DNA of 63,989 nucleotides, the filler included, from Lama guanicoe (lineage: Eukaryota): the NCBI GenBank assembly GCA_013239625.1. It is 196 parts of 196 records of this genome, joined end to end, with 100 filler letters (N's around TTAATTAATTAA, not from the genome) between each part and the next. Parts side by side here need not be neighbours in the genome. Positions count along the whole stretch, not along the records: positions 62,128 to 62,354 come from PNXV01042853.1; positions 62,455 to 62,681 come from PNXV01042854.1; positions 62,782 to 63,008 come from PNXV01042855.1; positions 63,109 to 63,335 come from PNXV01042856.1; positions 63,436 to 63,662 come from PNXV01042857.1; positions 63,763 to 63,989 come from PNXV01042858.1; 190 more parts are not named here. The stretch is one strand, 5' to 3'. The position numbers and the translations under genes are program-made. This document shows positions 62,028 to 63,989 of the stretch, piece after piece; the stretch's first letter is position 1, and every line of letters begins with the position of its first letter. The notes beneath the pieces are model-generated. The model searched no databases. It had not been told where the DNA came from and was given only the letters and a program-made list of their open reading frames with translations.

Positions 62028-62454
62028 NNNNNNNNNNNNNNNNNNNNNNNNNNNNNNNNNNNNNNNNNNNNTTAATTAATTAANNNNNNNNNNNNNNNNN
62101 NNNNNNNNNNNNNNNNNNNNNNNNNNNACAGAATGTGTTAAGTGAAGGTGAAAGGAATGCCGTATGTATTAAACACACCCCCCCAAAACAACACCACCAA
62201 CAGGCTGTGCAGCGGGGTGTGTAGCACGGCAGGGTGTGCAGAGCAAGGACACTGCAGTCGGGCCACTCTGCTCAGGTCCTTGATCAGCCAGATCTGAAGT
62301 TGTGCGATCCCGTAAGTACTTAACCTCCCTTTGCCTCAGTTTCTTCACCATAAANNNNNNNNNNNNNNNNNNNNNNNNNNNNNNNNNNNNNNNNNNNNTT
62401 AATTAATTAANNNNNNNNNNNNNNNNNNNNNNNNNNNNNNNNNNNNNNNNNNNN

Positions 62455-62681
62455 CATCTGGCGCCCTCCCATCTCCTGGAGCTGCTCCCGCTTTCCCAAA
62501 CCCGCCTATGAGCAGCGGCGGCGGCGGAAACAAGGGGGTTCAGTGACTACTGATGCGCGGGGCGGGGCGGGGGGGTGTACCGCGAACCAGGGCGGCGGAC
62601 TGGAACCGCCTCCGCGTCCAAACGGGCTGTGTGGCCCAGACCTCACCTCCACACCCCACCCTGTGCACCTCCCCAACGCAG
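62455..62681. promoter_or_regulatory. CpG-island promoter fragment with tandem GC boxes
   Basis: gcgcggggcggggcggggggg (overlapping Sp/KLF sites), gcggaaac, GGC runs. Confidence 0.55.
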
Positions 62682-62797
62682 NNNNNNNNNNNNNNNNNNN
62701 NNNNNNNNNNNNNNNNNNNNNNNNNTTAATTAATTAANNNNNNNNNNNNNNNNNNNNNNNNNNNNNNNNNNNNNNNNNNNNTCAATATATGGCTGAC

Positions 62798-62931
62798 TTT
62801 TGTTTTTGGTTTTTTTGGGGGGAGGGTGGTAATTAGGTTTGTTTATTTATTTTTAATGGAGGTGCTGGGGGTTGAACTCAGGACCTCGGCATGCTAAGCA
62901 CACACTCTATCACTGAGCTGTCCCCTCCCCC
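62798..62931 (-). mobile_element. Full-length Vic-1-like SINE
   Basis: T-tail, ggtaattaggtttgtttatttat, ggaggtgctggggg ttgaactcaggacctc.gcatgctaagca..cactcta.cactgagct.tcccctcccc. Confidence 0.9.
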
Positions 62932-63989
62932 TAGAATGCCAATATATGAAAGCAGGTCTGTTCCATGTATGAGCAAGTGTGAAGTCCTGCTCGCCTGTAA
63001 CATATTGCNNNNNNNNNNNNNNNNNNNNNNNNNNNNNNNNNNNNNNNNNNNNTTAATTAATTAANNNNNNNNNNNNNNNNNNNNNNNNNNNNNNNNNNNN
63101 NNNNNNNNGCCAGGACCAAACCCAGTGGGCCTGAGTTTTTCCACTTGCACCTCAGGCCGCCTATTAAACAGTACATCATCTAATAATGAGTCCGTGATCT
63201 CTGAACATCTCACAGGTGGCATCCGAGGGTGCGCGAAACTTCCAGCCTCAGCCAGCATGTGCTGATACACACAATAAGGGCTGGGCCCCCCCCCCAAGTC
63301 TTCTCTCTCGGGTCCTCTTAACCTGCCCCCAGGTTNNNNNNNNNNNNNNNNNNNNNNNNNNNNNNNNNNNNNNNNNNNNTTAATTAATTAANNNNNNNNN
63401 NNNNNNNNNNNNNNNNNNNNNNNNNNNNNNNNNNNGTTGGCTCCAACCATCTTGTTTTCTGCTGGTTTCTCTGTGAGGACTCACGTGGTGTATGTCAGTG
63501 AATGGCCACGCCTCCACATAATGGTCAAGTCTCTGTCCTCCTTGGTGGCCATGAACTGAGATATCCAGTGTCCCTGAGCAAGTTCATGGTCCCTGAGGGA
63601 GACTTGCTGTCTTGCACCTATACTTGAGTGACAGTGTCAGTCTTGATTCCCTCTTCAGGGTTNNNNNNNNNNNNNNNNNNNNNNNNNNNNNNNNNNNNNN
63701 NNNNNNTTAATTAATTAANNNNNNNNNNNNNNNNNNNNNNNNNNNNNNNNNNNNNNNNNNNNGCGATGCGGGTGGCGCCCTCCCGCCGTCCGGCTCAGAC
63801 CCTGCTTCTGCAGTTGTCATGGTCACATCTCTCCCTCTGACTCCACCTCCCTCTTCTAAGGACCAGGATGGTCCCACGGGCGCCACTCGGGCCGCCCAGG
63901 AGCCTCCCCCGTCTTGAGGCCGGCTGATCAGCAATCTGCACTTGGCTCTGCCGTGCAGCCTAACATGCTCCCGGGTTTGGGGAGTGGGA

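Larger units (their letters stand above)
1..63989. other. Artificial pseudo-scaffold of 196 unplaced ~227-bp contigs joined by 100-bp N44-TTAATTAATTAA-N44 linkers
   Basis: Strict 327-bp period. First linker 228-327 with TTAATTAATTAA at 272-283. 195 x 100 + 196 x 227 - 3 = 63989. GC content and repeat class change abruptly at every linker. Confidence 0.98.

Noticed and set aside
228..63762. CRISPR-like repeat-spacer array or other programmed array
   Set aside because: The constant element is a 12-mer embedded in N padding, the 'spacers' are 227-bp mammalian fragments, and no cas-like genes are present. It is a synthetic linker.
63763..63918. Pro/Ser-rich terminal coding exon
   Set aside because: An open frame of about 50 codons in GC-rich DNA is expected by chance, and I recognise no homology
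2561..63934. Most ORFs in the supplied track
   Set aside because: They reach the length threshold by reading through Ns (X runs, 'LIN' ends) or use non-ATG starts. The only ones I recognise are L1 ORF2 relics.
1..63989. A novel multi-gene or prokaryotic defence/mobile system
   Set aside because: No block exceeds 227 bp, blocks are unlinked, and none was recognisably bacterial, phage or mitochondrial

Overview
This window is not contiguous genomic DNA. It is an artificial concatenation of 196 unplaced mini-contigs: 194 of 227 bp, one of 226 bp and one of 225 bp. They are joined by 195 identical 100-bp linkers (44 N + TTAATTAATTAA + 44 N, which gives stop codons in all six frames). Neighbouring fragments are unrelated, so no operon or multi-gene system can be inferred from adjacency. 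The content is mammalian, and tRNA-Ala-derived SINEs of the Vic-1 type point to a camelid. Most recognisable pieces are L1, L2, MIR, LTR and DNA-transposon fragments. Three fragment pairs are near-identical with 48-49-bp shared ends, as expected for de Bruijn graph bubbles. The best biological signals are an uninterrupted 75-codon betaretroviral (JSRV/MPMV-like) Gag capsid frame at 19293-19517 (-), the first coding exon of PRKRIP1, the BMI1 5' UTR, several orphan exons, CTCF motifs, a heptameric satellite and a SINE with its target-site duplication inside an L1. I found no support for a novel multi-component biological system. Gene and repeat-family names come from my recall of known sequences and are unverified by any search.
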